Part shown: piece by piece, positions 61,541 through 64,000 of the stretch
How the letters are laid out: each line of letters begins with the position of its first letter
Numbering within the stretch: the stretch's first letter is position 1
Origin: Chlorokybus atmophyticus
Taxonomy: Eukaryota; Plantae; Mesostigma and Chlorokybus algae
Direction: 5' to 3'
Assembly: GCA_009103225.1 (NCBI GenBank)
Contig: RHPI01000003.1
Span: forward strand, 280,900-344,899
DNA: 64,000 nt
The notes under the pieces: model-generated
Database searches by the model: none
What the model saw: only the letters and a program-made list of their open reading frames with translations
Told to the model about the DNA's origin: nothing
Translations under genes and position numbers: made by a program

Positions 61541-62218
61541 TTGCCCTTCATATAGGCATAGGCGTCAACTTCGAAGGTTTGCCCGCCGCGCGTAGAAGAA
61601 CACTAATAACTCGGTGGTTACTGCACCGATTGGCGCGTGGCTTAGCTTGTTAAAAAGGTCTTGAAGTTAGCTACGTCATGCAGTTATATTCATGATGATA
61701 GGTGACGTGCAGCGTACACAGTTGCTTCTGAAGTAGACAGGTGTATCTGCAGCGGGTATAAAAGCCCATGCTTGAGTTGTAATCAAGTGAAAGTGTTGCT
61801 CTTGTGTATGCTCTCGCGGTTGTAGAGTTGTGTGTGTGCATGTCCAACATCAGCCTTAGCTACATGTGTTGCTAGCTTCTTCAATAAAGATTTATCTAGT
61901 CCCACTAATCGCCGCCCGACTGCGAGGAGCGCCTGCGTTAGAGCCTCATTCATGGTGCGCATGGGTACAGGGGGTCCATCTTTTCAGCAAAACTACCACC
62001 ACCGCCGCCATCGCCGTGTTAAAGTAGGCGGATGTTCGGGTGTGCTTATGCAGTAACTTAACCTACTTGGCAATGCAGCATTGGGCATAGGGTATGCCAA
62101 AAAACATTTTCAGCATTAGACATTGAAAATCCAAAACGAAACTTCAGTGGTCACCTTTTAGCCATATGTGACACGCCGCAAGTGCTAGTTGCCATACAAG
62201 TTGTGTCAACCGCACTTG

Positions 62219-62253
62219 AGAGTAGAGTAGAGTAGAGTAGAGTAGAGTAGAGT
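62219..62253. repeat. (AGAGT)n pentanucleotide microsatellite
   Basis: Direct sequence. Confidence 0.95.
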
Positions 62254-62486
62254 TGTGCGGTTTTTGCGTGAGCAATTGGACGGTCACCATTCGGAGTTCT
62301 CGCTGCTGATCGTCCAATCTAATGGTGCAACACACGGTTTGTCTGCGGCAGCTGCGAGAGTAGCTTCAAGCTGCAAGTACAGCTTTCAGCTGCGGTAGCT
62401 GTGGTCAGTGGCAGGGGTTAGGTTGTTGGCGGTGTGGTTGCGGGCGGTGAGGTTGTTGGCAGCGGGTTTTTGGGTTGTTAGAAGAG

Positions 62487-62494
62487 CACTAGTG
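62487..62494. mobile_element. Candidate CACTA terminus (CACTAGTG)
   Basis: CACTA/TAGTG signature preceded by short repeated ggttgttggc motifs resembling subterminal repeats. No partner end found in the window. Confidence 0.3.
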
Positions 62495-62507
62495 AAGGGT
62501 AGCAGGT

Positions 62508-64000
62508 ATGTCCGGAGAAGCCAGCAGGTCCACGGACCATGAACCATTGGAGAACCCATGCAGCCCGATCCACATGATAGAACCCCACTTTGGCCAAGAA
62601 GGCGAACCCTCTAAGCAGCAGCTGCATGACGACTGGCATGCTGCAGACAACCACGTAGCTGCTGCAATCAGGACCATGAGCTTGGCTTTCCAGCCAACAA
62701 AGGCAATGTTTCAGCATGTGTTTCTTTGGTAGCAGCCTTGCATGCACTTGTAGAAGCATGCAAAGCACTAAGGCATACAAAGAACTGTAATAGAAGCATG
62801 CAAAGCACTACAGCAATGTACTAAAGCATTGAAGCATTGCATGCTCAGCACAGAAGCGCACCAGCACGACTTCGTCTTTGATTGCAGACGATGATGGAGT
62901 ACTCATGGCGAGGTTGGCATATGGCCATTGCAGAAAGGACAGCAGACATTTTGCAAAAGAAGAGGCGGATTGCAAGAGATGTTGGGCTGCATTGTAGGAA
63001 GAATCAACGGGAGCAGCCGCCACTCAACTACCAACTTGCAGTGGCTATCCTCATGCTCTATCTCCCGGACGAGCCTACCAAAAAGGTAACAGATCTGTTG
63101 CCTTAAGTTAGTGAGTGACTGCATCAAGCAGCAACGCAATGACCTTTGTGAGATTCAGCTAGCAAGATGGTGTTGACAGACTACTGCATGGCTGGAAAAT
63201 GAAATTGGTTAGCGCAACTGGTCATCCTGTAACTGGTCATGGTGCAGGTCCGAGGTAGGTTCAGGACTTTCTGCAAAATCACGAAGGATTGGGGTGAACC
63301 TGAGTATTGCTTAAAGAAGAAGGAGCAAAATCGGCAATACAAGGAAAAAAAGAAGAACATGTTGGTGACCTTTAAAGAGCTAAAAAGACATCCGAACAAG
63401 GTGGTAGCTCTTCTGCAGCTCTGCTTGTCAAGGTGATCTCCTAATGACAATATTGCACGGTCAACCCAACAGTTATTTGCGGCGGAACAACTCTTAAAGA
63501 CCTTAGCCGGTAAACAACCCTGTGGACGCGTGTATGTGTGTGTCTCCGTGTGGTACATATACCACAACTAGTAGTTGACGTGCATAGAACAACAAGAGGC
63601 AGAGGAGGAGGCCGGCAAGAAAAGCAAGAGAGACTCTGGGAAATGCAGCAAGTCGGCACCTTTATCTTCTGGCAGGAACTCTGGTGAAGGCTCAGGCGGC
63701 TACAGGCGCACAGGTTAAACTGGGGGAAGCTTTGAGGCTGTGAAAGCTCGTAACAGATGAGTAGATGACATGTTGCTGCAGGGTGGAGCATCAGCTGCAT
63801 TCAAGGCGACGACACGACTACGCCAGCAAGAACACAAGCTGCTCAGGTTACATAAGTCAACAAAAATTGTGACTGAATAGTCTGCTAATTACTTACATCC
63901 CAGAGCATGCTGCAAAGGAGAAGAAGAAGAAACAGCAGCAGGAGGAGGAGGAGAGGAGGAAGAAGACGAAGAAAAGGAGTGAGGAGAGGCGTATGAAGAA
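62508..64000 (+). pseudogene. Fragmentary multi-exon ORF of unknown, possibly TE-related, origin; runs off the window
   Basis: Short GT-AG-bounded coding-like segments (e.g. MEYSWRGWHMAIAERTADILQKKRRIARDV, WGEPEYCLKKKEQNRQYKEKKK) and a terminal Glu/Lys/Arg-rich tract. No family motif recognised. Confidence 0.3.

Overview
Eukaryotic, intron-rich, GC-rich nuclear DNA from a green alga (Viridiplantae). The host assignment is inferred from plastid-targeted CPN60B and PSBX, an AP2 factor and short GT-AG introns; the species cannot be fixed from the sequence. The left ~28.4 kb is gene-rich: two tandem Cip1-like secreted-protein genes, mTERF, CPN60B, a single-domain AP2 transcription factor, PRA1, COX6A, PSBX, and a malic enzyme gene that splices into two malic-enzyme modules in one frame. 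The right ~35 kb is a decayed transposon nest. It holds a chromoviral Ty3/gypsy remnant and a Ty3/gypsy element carrying a DNMT3-like C5 cytosine methyltransferase between protease and RT plus a PHD finger after the integrase. A full LTR-bounded chromovirus is inserted in that integrase with a CATTT target-site duplication. There is also a CACTA/EnSpm-type transposase gene fused to a PHD-C5HCH reader and a ULP1 SUMO protease. That transposase lies head-to-head (ATGs ~305 bp apart) with a spliced gene encoding a Cys/His-rich domain, a Tudor domain and a phage/bacterial-type C5 DNA methyltransferase. The best candidate for an undescribed system is this DNA-transposon-associated reader-writer-deSUMOylase module. 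All domain calls come from manual translation and motif recognition, not database searches; most TE ORFs carry stops or frameshifts.
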